In this document: positions 1 through 11,230 of the stretch, in pieces | Layout of the letters: each line of letters opens with the position of its first letter | Position numbering within the stretch: the stretch's first letter is position 1 | Assembly (NCBI GenBank): GCA_037045155.1 | Contig: JBAOIG010000003.1 | Coordinates: forward strand, 5,818-69,817 | Source of the DNA: Thermomicrobiales bacterium | GTDB lineage: Bacteria; Chloroflexota; Chloroflexia; Thermomicrobiales; CFX8 | DNA length: 64,000 nt | Direction: 5' to 3' | Position numbers and translations under genes: made by a program | Notes under the pieces: generated by a model | Told to the model about the DNA's origin: nothing | The model's input: the letters and a program-made list of their open reading frames with translations, nothing else | Database searches by the model: none

Positions 1-628
1 CAACGTGGCGAGCACCGGCGCGAGCCGCCCGCCGCGAGGCCACGAAGACGAGGGAGGGGCCGAGGGGCGGAAGAAAGTCACGACCCCAGCATATAGCCGA
101 GCTGTCGCGCCGCGCCACCCGCGCCGCGCGATGCCATCGGTCCGCGTCGAGGCCCACTCGGGCCCTCGGGCCCGACGACTGAAAACGGCTTCAGAACAGT
201 GAATTGAGGAGGTCTGGGTTGGCCTTCAGCGTTTGGCGACCACGTCGTCGCGCCGCGCCGATTCTCCTTCCCCCAGCGAAGGGACGTCGCGCGATTGCCT
301 AACTTTCGGTGGGCGCAGTTCGAGGGACGCGGTGCGGCCGCGCTACTTCGCGGGCAGCGGCGTAGCCCGGCGGCGGCCACTCAGCGGTGTCCAGTCGATC
401 TGTGTTCCAGCGTGCCTCGCCGAGCAGGCGGTCTTCGACGAGTTGCCCGCCGTTGAAGATCGACGGGCTCCAACCCGCGAAGGCCCGATCCCAACGCACG
501 CTCCAGAGGATCGACGAACTCCAAGCGAAGGCCCTCCCCCGACGACTACGTTGAGAGAAGCGATTGCCGCTTCCTATTTGCACCTACCGCGGGTGCGGTC
601 TTCCATCTTGCAGTTGCCCGACTGGCAC

Positions 629-1478
629 TCAGAACCCTTGGAGCACATTCGGCCGCGCTCCAGGCCCTTGGGCTTCGAGCCGCCGGACGTTGGCGACGAA
701 CTCGCGTCGCTCGAGCTGCTCGATGACGAACTGGTTCGGGGGGGTGGCCATTCGGCAGACGCCCCCTTCCAAGCACACGTCGAACTTGCCGGGGCACTTT
801 CGCTTCGCGCTGCAAGTCCGACACACGCCGCCGCTGCACAGGCCCGAGCCGCACTCCCAGGGTTCTTTGCACGATGCACCCGCGGCGAGCGAGTGGTAGG
901 TCGCCGTTCCCCGCAGCACCCCTTCGTAGCAGCCGGGCACGGAGTAGACCATCTGCGGCGAGATGTGGAGCGTGAGCTCGCCGGCTTCGAACTTCGCGTT
1001 CCGCCGCATGTGAGTCCTCGTGCTCCTCGCCGGGCCTCTTCGCGTCGGCGCCGGTGAACAGGCACGTGAGGCGTTTGACCGATACGGCGGCCGGCTGCGG
1101 GGCGTTCGTCCTCGAGGCCGGCTTGGTCGGCGCGCTGCCCTTCTCGGTGCGGACCTCGGGGCCAGCGCACGCGGTCGCCGCGGCCGCGAGGGCCTCGCCG
1201 CACGCCGTCGTAGTGAAGTTCCACCGCCCGTTCGCGGCCTTCCACGCGGCATCATCGTAGTGTTCAAAGTCGGTGACGAGCTTGAAATCGTCGCCGCACT
1301 TTTCCTTGGTTCTCGCCAAGCTCGCACGCAGCGTCTTGTCGAACTCATCCCGCGCAGCCGATTGCTCAGCGGTGAGCGACGCCTGACTGTGCGAGGGCGT
1401 CGCGCAAAGCACGAGTCCTCCGAGGCACGCAGCTGCGAGCACCGTCCGACGCACCACCGAACCCCTGCGATCTGCCAT
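629..1478 (-). pseudogene. secreted Cys-rich hypothetical protein read in two frames (signal-peptide part from 1478, Cys-rich part 1009 to 629)
   Basis: ATG at 1478 gives MADRRGSVVRRTVLAAACLGGLVLCATPSHS, a signal peptide. That frame then decays into Arg-rich nonsense with no stop until 546. The adjacent frame from ATG 1009 (GAGGA 6 nt upstream) gives a plausible Cys-rich tail (CKEPWECGSGLCSGGVCRTCSAKRKCPGKFDVCLEGGVC) ending at 629. This is either one frameshifted gene or two genes. Confidence 0.35.
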
Positions 1479-1735
1479 GGTCACTTGCCCTCCGGGACCC
1501 CGCTCGACTCGACTGACTTTGGACGGGCCGCCATCCGCGCGATTCAAGCCGGTGAATTCCGAGACCCGCACCCGTTTGCGCAAGCGAGGCGGCCCCCCCT
1601 CGAACGAACGAGCAGGAGACGAGACTATCGTCGAGTGAGAGCGGGCGCGCGCCCAATGACCTGGCGGAGCGAGCACGGGCCCGTTTCGACCCGAGGCGAT
1701 TACAGGACCACTTTGCGCACCTCGTCCGTGACTGG

Positions 1736-2347
1736 TCACAGGCCAGGGCGCGAAGCGTCACGGTCACCCGTCCGGTCCCCGCCGAAGAGCGTTCGCTCGT
1801 AGACGCCATTGGGACCGATGACCCCCAGCGCGAGAGCTCCGACGACGCCGTCGCGCTCCACGGTGTCCTGGGGGAGCGTCAACGTCTCGGGGCCACGAAG
1901 GCCTTCCCAGATGGCGAGCGTGACGTGCGGCATGAAGCGCTCGCCGTTGCCTGTCGTCACCGTCACACCGCGCACAAAGGGGAGCGACAGGGCTCGCTCT
2001 TCCGCCTCGCGAAGGGCCTTGGTGCACGGCACGATGAGATACGCCATCGTGGCGGGCGGTGCGCCGTCGGGCGCGTTGTCAGGGGCGTTGTAGGGTCGGT
2101 CGTAGCGAAGAAACGCCAGCGCGCGGAACGACATGAGCATCGCCTTCGGGAGCGACGCAACGGCTTCGCGCCAGAGTGCTTCTGCCGCGCCGGCGCCGTT
2201 CGTCTCGACATGCAGCAACGTCACGTGCGGGACGCGGCCGTCGCCGAGCACGACGCGCGCCTTTTGGCCGCGCGCGAGCGACTCGGAGAGCGCGACGCAG
2301 CGCGCCATCGACTCAGGGTCGGGCAAGTAAACGAGGCCGAGTCGCAT
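1736..2347 (-). CDS. 2H phosphoesterase superfamily protein (LigT / cyclic phosphodiesterase-like)
   Basis: Intact 203-aa ORF with two H-x-T-x motifs (PHVTLLH and PHVTLAI) at the spacing typical of the 2H fold. Confidence 0.55.
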   Translation of the reverse strand: MRLGLVYLPDPESMARCVALSESLARGQKARVVLGDGRVPHVTLLHVETNGAGAAEALWREAVASLPKAMLMSFRALAFLRYDRPYNAPDNAPDGAPPATMAYLIVPCTKALREAEERALSLPFVRGVTVTTGNGERFMPHVTLAIWEGLRGPETLTLPQDTVERDGVVGALALGVIGPNGVYERTLFGGDRTGDRDASRPGL

Positions 2348-2387
2348 TGTGGCTCAGTCTAGCCGCGAGCGCGGCGCAGTCTCCGCC

Positions 2388-3428
2388 CTACGGACACACC
2401 GCCGGCTCCGGCGCCGCCACGAGCGAGTCCAAGTCGGCCGCCGTGGTGGCCGCGTCGAAGCCAAACGACCCAATGAGGCTCGTGCCGGCGTCGAACTCGA
2501 GCCGCATGAGGGTCTTGTCGGTGCCGTTGATGGCGAAGATCGTGTCGAGCGTGCTCTCGACGCCGATGCGCGTGATGCGCGGCGTCGTCGTGATGGCGAG
2601 CGTCGCCGCGGCGTCCGCGAGGTTCATCGTGTAGATGGCGCTGCTGCCGGTCGTGGGCGTCGTTTGCATCACGTCCATCATGTAGAGCGTGCCGCCGCGG
2701 AAGGAGCAGCTGTCGCCGTCGTCTTGCAACGTCTGGTGCGAGCCGAGACGCGACGCGGCGCTGGCATCGAAGTCGACCTTCACCAAGCTGCCGGTGACGG
2801 TGGTGGCGCTGTCGACCCAGTCGCCTGACGCGTAGAACTCCCCGGTGATGGGGTTTGCCGCGAAACACTCCATGCGCTTCAGGAGGCCCGCGTCTCCGCC
2901 GCCGGTGGGCGCTTTCGTCACGCGCGGACCGACGGTGATGGCGCCGGTGCAGCAATCCACCGTCGCGAGCTTGGGCGCCGTGAGCGCTTCGACGACGGCG
3001 AAGAGACCTCCGCGGACGGGGTTCCACGCGAGGCGAACGTCGGTGTGTCCCGTCGCGCCGACGAGCGTGAGCGCTGCCGTCGACGGGTTCACGCGATAGA
3101 GGCTTCCCTGAAAGTGCGCGTAGAGCGTCGGCGCCGTCGCGGCGTCCGACGCATCGGACGCGTCAGCGGCGCCCGCATCGTTGGTGGCGTCGCCCGCCGC
3201 GTCGAGCGTGTTGGCGTCAGCGCCGCTGTCTGCGCTCGCTGCGTCGGGAGGCCCGCCGCTATCGGCGACGGCCGTGTCGGGCGCACCGGCCTCGGCTGTC
3301 GGCTGGTTCAGATCCAAGCTCGCATCGAGTGAGCCACCCGTCGAAGGGGAGGGGTCGTCATCGCCGCAGGCGCTGTAGGCAAGAGCCGAGCTGGCAAAGA
3401 CGAGGGCGAGCGGGAGGGCGCGATTCAT
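2388..3428 (-). CDS. lipoprotein, unknown function
   Basis: ATG at 3428 gives MNRALPLALVFASSALAYSACGDD (signal peptide plus lipobox Cys). A D/A/S-rich linker follows, then a globular region. The ORF is intact. Confidence 0.6.
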   Translation of the reverse strand: MNRALPLALVFASSALAYSACGDDDPSPSTGGSLDASLDLNQPTAEAGAPDTAVADSGGPPDAASADSGADANTLDAAGDATNDAGAADASDASDAATAPTLYAHFQGSLYRVNPSTAALTLVGATGHTDVRLAWNPVRGGLFAVVEALTAPKLATVDCCTGAITVGPRVTKAPTGGGDAGLLKRMECFAANPITGEFYASGDWVDSATTVTGSLVKVDFDASAASRLGSHQTLQDDGDSCSFRGGTLYMMDVMQTTPTTGSSAIYTMNLADAAATLAITTTPRITRIGVESTLDTIFAINGTDKTLMRLEFDAGTSLIGSFGFDAATTAADLDSLVAAPEPAVCP

Positions 3429-3635
3429 GGCCTTCGTGTAGCGCACTTTGCGCCGCGAATGCACCTCGCGACGACGGGTTTTTCGCACGCCGGCGGGGGG
3501 AGTCACCGCCCTCCGGCGCTCCTGTGGTCACGAGCCCTTCGCCTCGATAACATGGCTCGTCGTGCCCAAACTCCGCCCGCGCGCCCACCTCTTCCTGCCG
3601 CCGGTCTCCGTGGGCCGCGTTTTGGGCAGGTCGCG

Positions 3636-5236
3636 ATGAGCGCCCCCGTGCGTGAGGGCGAGGTCCTCGCCGGCAAGTACCGCGTCGAGCGCGTGCTCGG
3701 CGCGGGCGGCATGGGCGTCGTCGTCGCGGCGACCCACCTCGCAGCTCGACCAGCGCGTCGCGCTCAAGTTCCTGCTCGCCGAGGCGCTGGCAGAACGCCG
3801 GAGACGCGTCGAGCGCTTCCTGCGCGAGGCGCGCGCCGCCGCGCAGCATCAAGAGCGAGCACGTCGCGCGCGTCCTCGACGTCGGCGACGCTCGACGACG
3901 GGCGCGCCGTACATGGTGATGGAGTACCTCGAGGGCGCACGACCTCGCGGACGTCGCTCGAGCGCGCGCGGCGCGCTGCCCGTCGAGCGACGCCGTCGAC
4001 TACGTGCTGCAGGCGCTGCGAGGCGCGTCGCCGAGGCGCACGCGCGCGGGCATCGTGCACCGCGATCTCAAGCCGGCGAACCTCTTCCTCGCGCGCCGCG
4101 CCGACGGCGCGCCGCTGCGTCAAGGTGCTCGACTTCGGCATCTCGAAGATCGCTCGGCCAGCGTCGAGCCGAGCGCCGACTCACGCAGACGACGCTCGAT
4201 CGCTCGGCTCGCCGCACTACATGTCGCCCGAGCAGATGCGCTCGCTCGCAGGACGTCGACGCGCGCACCGACATCTGGGCGCTCGGGACGATCCTCTACG
4301 AGCTCCTCACGGCGCGCCGTCGCCTTCCCCGCGCGACTCGATGCCGCGAGATCGTGCCGCGCCATCCTCCACGATCCGATCCCGAGCCGCTACGGCATGG
4401 CCGCGCCGCGATGTGCCCGAGGCCCTCGAGCGCGCGGTGCACCCAGGCGCCTCGAGAAGGACACCGAAGGACGCGCTTCGCCAATCCGTCGCGCGAGCTC
4501 GCGCACGCGCTCGCCCCGTTCGTCGCCCGACGCCGAGGGGCACGCCTCTGCCGACTCGGTCGCGCGCCTCTCCGGCACCGCCGCTCACGCGGCCACCTTT
4601 CGTCCGCCCGCCAGCAGCGCCGATGGGATGGAGAGCGCCGCGTGTCGGTGCGGCGACGCTGCTCTCTTCGTCAGAGGCTTCCTCAGAGGCTTCGTCCGCG
4701 CCTTCGTCGGGGCCTTACTCGTCGCCGTCGTCGACGGAGCCGTCGGCGGAGGCTCGCGCCGGGCGCCGGCAAGGCGACGGCATGGTCCGCTGGCCACGCG
4801 TACGGGCCCGAAGACGGCGGTGGCCCAGTCGATGGACGCGCGCGCCGAGCGCCCGTCGTCGCATCGGCGCCGCGCTCTCGGGCCGTTGATCGCCGTCCTC
4901 GGGGTCCTCGGCGGCGGCGCCCTCGCGTTCACGCTCGCGCGGAGCACGCCGCCCACGACGGCGGGCGCGCCGGTTTCCCGGCGGAGAACGGGCCGGCGTC
5001 GGCTTCGCCGGAGGCCCCGGTGCCGTCCCCGTCCTTGCCGCACCACCCGCGTCGGCGTCGGCGTCCGTCGTGACGACCCCTTCGCCGAGCGCCGCCGTCG
5101 CGCTTTCTTCTGCGTCGCCGTCGCCCTCTTCGTCTACGCCGGCCCCCGTGCGCGTCGGCACCGCGGCACCGCCTGCACGAACAGAAACGCGAACGGAACC
5201 CAAGAAGCCGCCGGCACCACCGGCTGCCTCGAGTGA
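3636..5236 (+). pseudogene. Ser/Thr protein kinase (Hanks type), heavily frameshifted
   Basis: Kinase motifs appear in the correct order but are scattered over all three forward frames: [91 protein letters not shown]-like segment ([18 protein letters not shown]) lies downstream. Confidence 0.7.
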
Positions 5237-5265
5237 CAAAGGTCGCCTCTTTATGGAGCTGGAAA

Positions 5266-6353
5266 ATGAGCACGCGCATCGGGTCTTCGCGTTTCGTCAC
5301 CGCCGCGCCGCGCGGGTGCTTGGTCGTTGCCCTCGCCGCGGCCACACTTCTCGGCGCAGCGCCCTCTGAGGCGCAACGTCGACGTCGCCCTCGGCCCGTC
5401 GCACCGACCGCACCCGTGCCCGTCGTCGCTCCGGTCGCGCCAGTGGCGCCCCAGCGGCCGAGCCTTGGCCGAATCCCTCAGCGGCGATGCGCGCGCCGAC
5501 TACGACTCGGGGCGCGAGCTGTTCCGCGACGGCGATTTCGCCCGGTGCCCTCGTGAAGTTCGAGAGCGCGCACAAGAAGTCCGCCGACGCGCGCCTCCTC
5601 TGGAACATGGCTGCTTGTGAGAAGAACCTGCGCCACTACGCCAAGGTGCTCGAGCTCGTGCGCCGGTACCTCGCCGAGGGCGGCGACAAGCTCGACGACA
5701 AGGATCGCGCGGAGGCCACCGACCTCCTTCGCACCGTCGAGCCGCTCACCACCAAGCTTCGCGTCAACGTCAACGTGCCCGGGGCCGAGGTCGCCATTGA
5801 CGACGTCGTCGTCGGCACCGTCGCCCATGACTCGACGGAGCCCGTGATCGTCGACATCGGCATGCGTCGCGTGCGCGTTCGCAAAGACGACCACAAGGAG
5901 TTCACGACGCAGATGCCCGTGGGCGGGAGCGCGGAGGTCGCCCTCGTCGCCTCGCTCGTGCCGATCGTGCACGAAGGAAAGTTGTCGGTCACGGCCAAGG
6001 ACGGGCAATCGATCTACGTCGACGGAAAACTCGTCGGCACGGGCCGCTGGGACGGCGTCGTCAAGAGCGGCGGTCACCAGATTCGCGTCATCGCTCCGGG
6101 CATGAGGCCGTTTCAGTCAGGAGAAATCGTGGTGCAAGACGAGCAGGCCCGGACCGTTCCGGTGACCCTCGAGAAGGAGCCGGAAGCGCCCTCGAAGGTT
6201 CCCGCCTGGGTTTGGATCGGCGGCGGCGTGCTCCTCGCGGCCGGTGCCACCGTGGGCGCCGTCGTCATCTTTCGCCCCGAGGATCGCACCGAGCCGGCTC
6301 CCGTCGGAAACCTCGCGCCGGGCAACGTGCAGGCGTCGGTTCGCTTCCGCTAG
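5266..6353 (+). pseudogene. PEGA-domain secreted/membrane protein, two frame switches near the 5' end
   Basis: ATG 5266 (GGAG upstream) gives the signal peptide MSTRIGSSRFVTAAPRGCLVVALAAATLLGAAPSEAQ. The reading continues in a second frame (LAESLSGDARADYDSGRELFRDGDFA) and then in the 5487..6353 frame, which has TPR-like and PEGA-like segments and a C-terminal TM helix (WVWIGGGVLLAAGATVGAVVIF). Confidence 0.55.
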
Positions 6354-6381
6354 GCCGGCGTCAAGCCGACCGACGGGCCCG

Positions 6382-7004
6382 TCAGCTCGAGCTCGCGAGC
6401 CGCGGTCGGAGAATCTCGCGGAGGTAGCTCGCCGACGACGGCGCGTGGCACGACGCGCATGCGCCGTCGAAGCCGACGTCGTCGCAGCTCCGGCAGACCG
6501 TGAGCGCCTCGTAGGGCGTGGCGTCGACGAGGTAGTCGACGAGGAAGAGCGAAAGGACGCGCGCGGCGAGGCGCATCTTGGGCTGATCGACGGGCAGCCA
6601 CACGAGCTCCCCGGCATGACGCGCTGGCTCGAGATGACCGTCGCGCATGGCGAGCGTCACTGCGTTCCATTCGCCCTCCGAGAGCTCAACCAACGCGTCG
6701 ACGACGACGCGCCGGGTCGACGCGAGGAGCTCGGCGATGGAGCGCTCGCTCATGGGCGCGGCCTCGTGGCGTGATTCGCTCGCGCCGTCGTCCGCCGCCT
6801 CGGCTTCGGCGCTGACGTTCGCAAGGGCGCGATACGGACCGCATAGCCACTCCGCCAAGTCGCGCTCCAGCCGTCGCGGGCCCCGTCGAGGAACGCAAGC
6901 CCCGTCTCGCGACAGGCCTCGGCAAACGTCGAGGGGGTTTCTTCCGCGCGGTCCAACGGCTCCACCTCGATGGATTCTGCAAAGTTGGTGCTCACGCCTG
7001 CGGG
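6382..7004 (-). pseudogene. hypothetical protein with one frame switch near 6860
   Basis: Protein-like sequence runs from the 6750..7139 frame (STNFAESIEVEPLDRAEETPSTFAEACRETGLAFLDGARDGW) into the 6382..6858 frame (AEWLCGPYRALANV...MSERSIAELLASTRRVVVDALVELSEGEW). The GTG start at 7004 is a guess. Confidence 0.3.
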
Positions 7005-7341
7005 CGTCGTTTGGAACGGCCCGGGACGCCCTCGGTGTCCATTTCCGCTCAGGGTGCCGCTCTCGAGGCTCTCGTCGGCGACCGATGGACCCGCGGAGAT
7101 CCGCCGGGCCGTTGCGCGAAAATTACACTCGCTGGGCACCGTCGACAGGTGCCACGTCGGGATCCGTCGGGCCGACTTTTCTGTCAGACCCTTTCGCGGT
7201 CTGAGAGCCCTCAGCGGTGAGAGGCCCTTCAGAAGGTTCCGACGGCGGCGGCGCCGGCGCCCATCGGAACGAACGCGATCGACGGAACGTTCGCTTGCCG
7301 AGCCGGCCTGTTCTTGGGTGTCGCGCTCGCCGGGCCGACGC

Positions 7342-8169
7342 TCACGGTGCGCGGCGGCAGCCAGAGGCGACGAGCAAGGCGCCGAAGGTCTGCATGGCGC
7401 CGCTCGTGATGAGCGCGCCGCGCGTGGCCGTCTCTTCGATGCACGGATCGACAGGAATCAACTCGGAGCCGGGCGGCGGGGTGCAGTTGGGGCGCTTCGC
7501 AAAAGCCATGAACGGCCCCGCGACGGGGATCAGAAGCTCGCGATCGGCGCTGCGCTTGGAGGCGGCGCCGAAATACGCCGTCGGCGCGTAGGCCAGGAGC
7601 AAGACCGTCGCGCCGCCGATGAGGAGGCCCGTGGGCCTCGACACCTCCGAAGCGGCGACGCCGTCGGCGGAAGGGCGCGTCCTTACCGGCTCGATGTCCT
7701 GCCGTGGCGCGCTCTCGACCTCGATGCGATCGTGCGACAGGAGCTCGAGGGTGGCGTCGGGCCCCGTCGTCACGCCGCGCACCGAATCGCCGGAGCGCGA
7801 CATCGCCGCCGTGCCGGGTCGAAAGACGACGCGCCTGCCGTCGGTGTGCCGCACGGCGATGACTTGGCCCGCCGCGTCTTGTTCGATCACGGCGCCGAAC
7901 TCGACGGGCTCGCTCGCGACGAGGGTGATCTCGCCGCGATCAACCCGCGCGCCCTCCGGCAGGGGGATTCGCTTGGTCGAGCGAATGATCGCGAGCGGCC
8001 GAAGCGCGTCGCGGCGGGCCTCGGCCGGCGACACCGTGTGCGTCGCGACCACTTGGCCGCCACAAGCGGGGAGGCCGCCCATCGTCGCCACCAAGAGCGC
8101 CGTGCCAAGAAGACGCCCGACGCCGTGCCCACGAGGAGATGCACCACGGAACCACGGAAGGCACTCCAT
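7342..8169 (-). CDS. lipoprotein, unknown function
   Basis: Intact 275-aa ORF. The N-terminus GRLLGTALLVATMGGLPACGG has a lipobox. The exact start is uncertain. Confidence 0.5.
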   Translation of the reverse strand: MECLPWFRGASPRGHGVGRLLGTALLVATMGGLPACGGQVVATHTVSPAEARRDALRPLAIIRSTKRIPLPEGARVDRGEITLVASEPVEFGAVIEQDAAGQVIAVRHTDGRRVVFRPGTAAMSRSGDSVRGVTTGPDATLELLSHDRIEVESAPRQDIEPVRTRPSADGVAASEVSRPTGLLIGGATVLLLAYAPTAYFGAASKRSADRELLIPVAGPFMAFAKRPNCTPPPGSELIPVDPCIEETATRGALITSGAMQTFGALLVASGCRRAP

Positions 8170-8322
8170 ACCCTTGCGAACGGCCGCATGCGCGAGCCCT
8201 TAAAGGGCTCGGCCATCTTCAGCGTTGTTGTCAGCGCCGAGCCGCCCTCGGCTACGCTCGTGCGTCCCGGTGCGCGCCGATTTCGAGAGCGCGCCGGCGC
8301 CCACAACCGGGCCAGAGGTCTC

Positions 8323-9797
8323 ATGCGTCACGTCACGGTCTTGCTCTCGGCGGTCTTCGGCCTCGTGACCACCGTGGCGGCTTGCGGCTCCGAGTCGGCG
8401 GCGACCTTCGGCTCTGCTCGAGGCCGAATCATCGGTGGGCAGCTCGACGCGACGCACCTGGCGGTCGTCGCTGTGATGCTCGACGCTGGCGTCTGCACCG
8501 GCACCATCGTTCGCACCGACCCGGTCACCGGCGTCGGGTGGGTGCTGACGGCCGCCCACTGCGTCGACGGAAAGAAGGCCGCGTACGTACGCATGGTGGA
8601 CGACTACACCCTGGGCCAGAACGAGCCCCAGCCGTACCTGCGCGCGACGGACTTTGTCGTCTCGGAGACCGTGAGGCACCCCGGTTACGTCGCCCTCACG
8701 GGCACGACGCCGCCGCAGAATGACTTCGCCGTTTTGCGCATCCTCGGCGTCGACGCCTCGACGCCGGTGATTCCGATCTTGCCCGCGAACTTGGACGATC
8801 TGGCGATCGGCAAGTCCGTCGTCGAGGTTGGGTACGGCAAGATCAGCGGCGTCGTCGACGCTGGCGACAACTCCAAGCGCCGGAGCGTCACCACGACGCG
8901 TCACCAAGGTGTCGGCGACGGAGCTCGAAACCAGCTACGCCATCGGCAGCACGTGCCAGGGCGACAGCGGCGGCCCGTCGCTCTACGTCTCCGGCGGCAA
9001 GGAGTACGTCGCCGGCGTCACGTCGTATTCGGACTCGGAGTGCAAGGTGTACGCGGTCGCGGAGCGCGTGTCGTCGGCGCTCGCGTGGATCGACGGCGAG
9101 GTGAACAAGGCGCCGGCGCTGAGCGGCTGCAATCTGGTGCCGCGAGGTCTCCACGGTCGGCTCGCACGCGTGTCACGCGGCCTACGAGCGCTGCAACAGC
9201 GACGCCGCATGCGCCGCGCTCCGCGACTGTCGTAGCCACGTGCAGCACGCGGCGGCCTGCTTCGCGACGTGTGAGTCGCGAGCACCCGCTCGCCGTCGGG
9301 GCCGCTCCTCGCGTGGGCCAACTGCGCGTGCCTCGGCGAGTGCAAGAGCAAGTGCGGCAGCGTGTCGGCGTGCGGCAATGTCCCCAAGTGCAGCGTCGAC
9401 GTCGGTGTCACCGCGTGCGGCAAGTGCCAGGAGGCGAGCTGCTGCAGCGAGGTGACGACGGCGGCGCACGAGCCCGTGGGCAACCGGTGCCTCGCCACCA
9501 AGGGGACGTTCGCCGGGTGCGCGTCCAACGCGGCCTACAAGGCGGTGGAGGCGTGTCGCGCCTCGAGGTGCGCCGCCGACTGCGGCCTCGCGCCGCCGTC
9601 GCCGTCCGCGCCTCCGCTCGCCGAGGCGCCACCGGCAGGCGACGCGGGCTCGGCGCCTCCCGCGCCCGCGGCGGCACCGCCGGCCGAGGACTCAGGCTGC
9701 GCGGTCGTCGGGAGGGTCGTCCTCCGCCCCGACGTCGTCGGCCTCGTGGGTGGCCATGGCGCTCCTCGCGTGGGCGCGGCGCCGCCGCGTCCCCTGA
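8323..9797 (+). pseudogene. trypsin-like S1 serine protease with Cys-rich C-terminal region and MYXO-CTERM tail, frameshifted
   Basis: ATG 8323 gives the lipoprotein signal MRHVTVLLSAVFGLVTTVAACGS, then IIGG...LTAAHC (catalytic His). A second frame holds GDSGGP (catalytic Ser). Further frames hold Cys-rich segments (CHAAYERCNSDAACAALRDC; CGKCQEASCCSEV). The last frame reads GCAVVGGSSSAPTSSASWVAMALLAWARRRRVP then stop (9795-9797), which is the MYXO-CTERM pattern. Confidence 0.6.
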
Positions 9798-9841
9798 GCG
9801 AAGCCGTGTGCTGACCCGCCGCGCCGCGCTATCATCCAGCG

Positions 9842-11230
9842 ATGCGCCGCACTTCCTTTCTCGGTCTCAGCGTCCATGGTCGTCGCCGTCGGCACTTACG
9901 CCGCGTGCGTCGACGACGATCCGTCCAACCCGGGTTTCCAATTCGACGGCGGCGGTCTCGACGCCGCTTCGCCTGACGGCACGACGCCGGAGACCGGCGT
10001 GCCGCCCGTCGGCATCGACGCCGGTGGCGCCGCCGACGCGGGCCCCGCCCCCGTGACCGTGCTGCTGACGCGAGCCGGTGCGCCCGCGAGCGGCGTGACG
10101 GTGGTCTTCCACGACGCGAGCGGCGCCGTGCATCGATACACGCACCACCGACGCCAGCGGCCAAGCCGCGATGGTCGTGCCCGCCGGCTCGCAAGTCACC
10201 GCGGTCTTCGGCACGGTCACCAACCCGGAGCTCGTCACCATCGCTGGCGTCGAGCCAGGCGACGTGCTCCGCGCCGCTGAGCCGCTCGCGGCGGCCCAGC
10301 CGCCATTCCCCTCGATTGACATCGAATCGGCACCGGCGTCGCCGCCCGCGGGGACCGCCTATTACCTGGCGCGCGTGGGCTCCTGCTCGAACAGCGTCAA
10401 CGTCGTCGACGGCGGGCAGGCCGGCCCCATCAACGTGACCCTCGATCCTGGTTGCACGAACGGGTCCACCGTGTCGGTGGTCGTGGAGGCGAAGAGCGCC
10501 GGCTCCGCGACGCTGGGCTTCGCCTCGCTGGCGAGCGCGTCAATCGCCGACGCCGGTGTCGTGACGCCGATGCCCGTCGACGTTGGTGGCACGTGGGCCG
10601 ACGCCGGAGCGCAGGCGCTGCAAGTCGTAGGCGCCGATCCAATCGCCTCCGGCAATGCGGTCTACTCCGAGATCATGAACAGCGGAGCCATCTCTTCGTT
10701 CACGAACGTCGTCGGCAACGCAGACGGCGGGCCGCTGCAGCTCTCCTTCGAGGTGCATCCAGGCGTCGCGGCGAACGGTCAATATGAAGTTAATTATCGG
10801 GAGGACCTCTCAAGCGGCGTCGCCTTTCGCGCCATCGCCGGGCGCAGCGCCAGCGGGGAAATCCGAGCATCGACGTCGCGCAGATGATGCCGGCGCTAAC
10901 GGCGGCGGACGTCGACGCCGGTGTCCCGGCTCGTCCCGCCGTCACTTGGGCTTCGGCACCACCGTCACCGCCGACGGCCTCTTCGTCCGCGTGCGCTGGT
11001 GGGAGTCGCCGACCGACGGCGGAGCGTACGTCTCGGGGCGCTGGACCATGGTCGTCCCCCCGCAGACCCAGGTAATCCAAGCCCCGCAATTGCCCGCCGC
11101 GCTGGCCGCCTACGCGCCGAGCGCCACATCGTCCGTTTACCAGACGCCGACGCTCGTGTTCGTCGACTCGAGCCTCTTGCCCGGCTACCGCGAGCTCCGG
11201 CAGGTCTCTGCCTCCGTCGGGCCGTCGCAA
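9842..11230 (+). pseudogene. lipoprotein, unknown function, at least 4 frame switches
   Basis: MRRTSFLGLS then VVAVGTYAACVDDD (lipobox) in the next frame. Protein-like segments continue through the 9876, 10171, 10884 and 10784 frames. There is no stop before the FkbH-like gene. Confidence 0.35.

Noticed and set aside
1-545. Possible additional minus-strand gene at the left edge (ORFs 78..380 and 299..583)
   Set aside because: Some stretches look mildly protein-like (WSPSIFNGGQLVEDRLLGEARW). However there is no start context, motif or consistent frame, and the region is truncated by the window edge.
6970-10056. 1028-aa forward ORF, the longest in the first block
   Set aside because: Most of its translation is Arg/Ala/Pro-rich nonsense typical of an open wrong frame in very GC-rich DNA. 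It overlaps well-formed minus-strand genes (7342-8169). Only the 8323-8890 part (S1 protease N-terminus) is protein-like.
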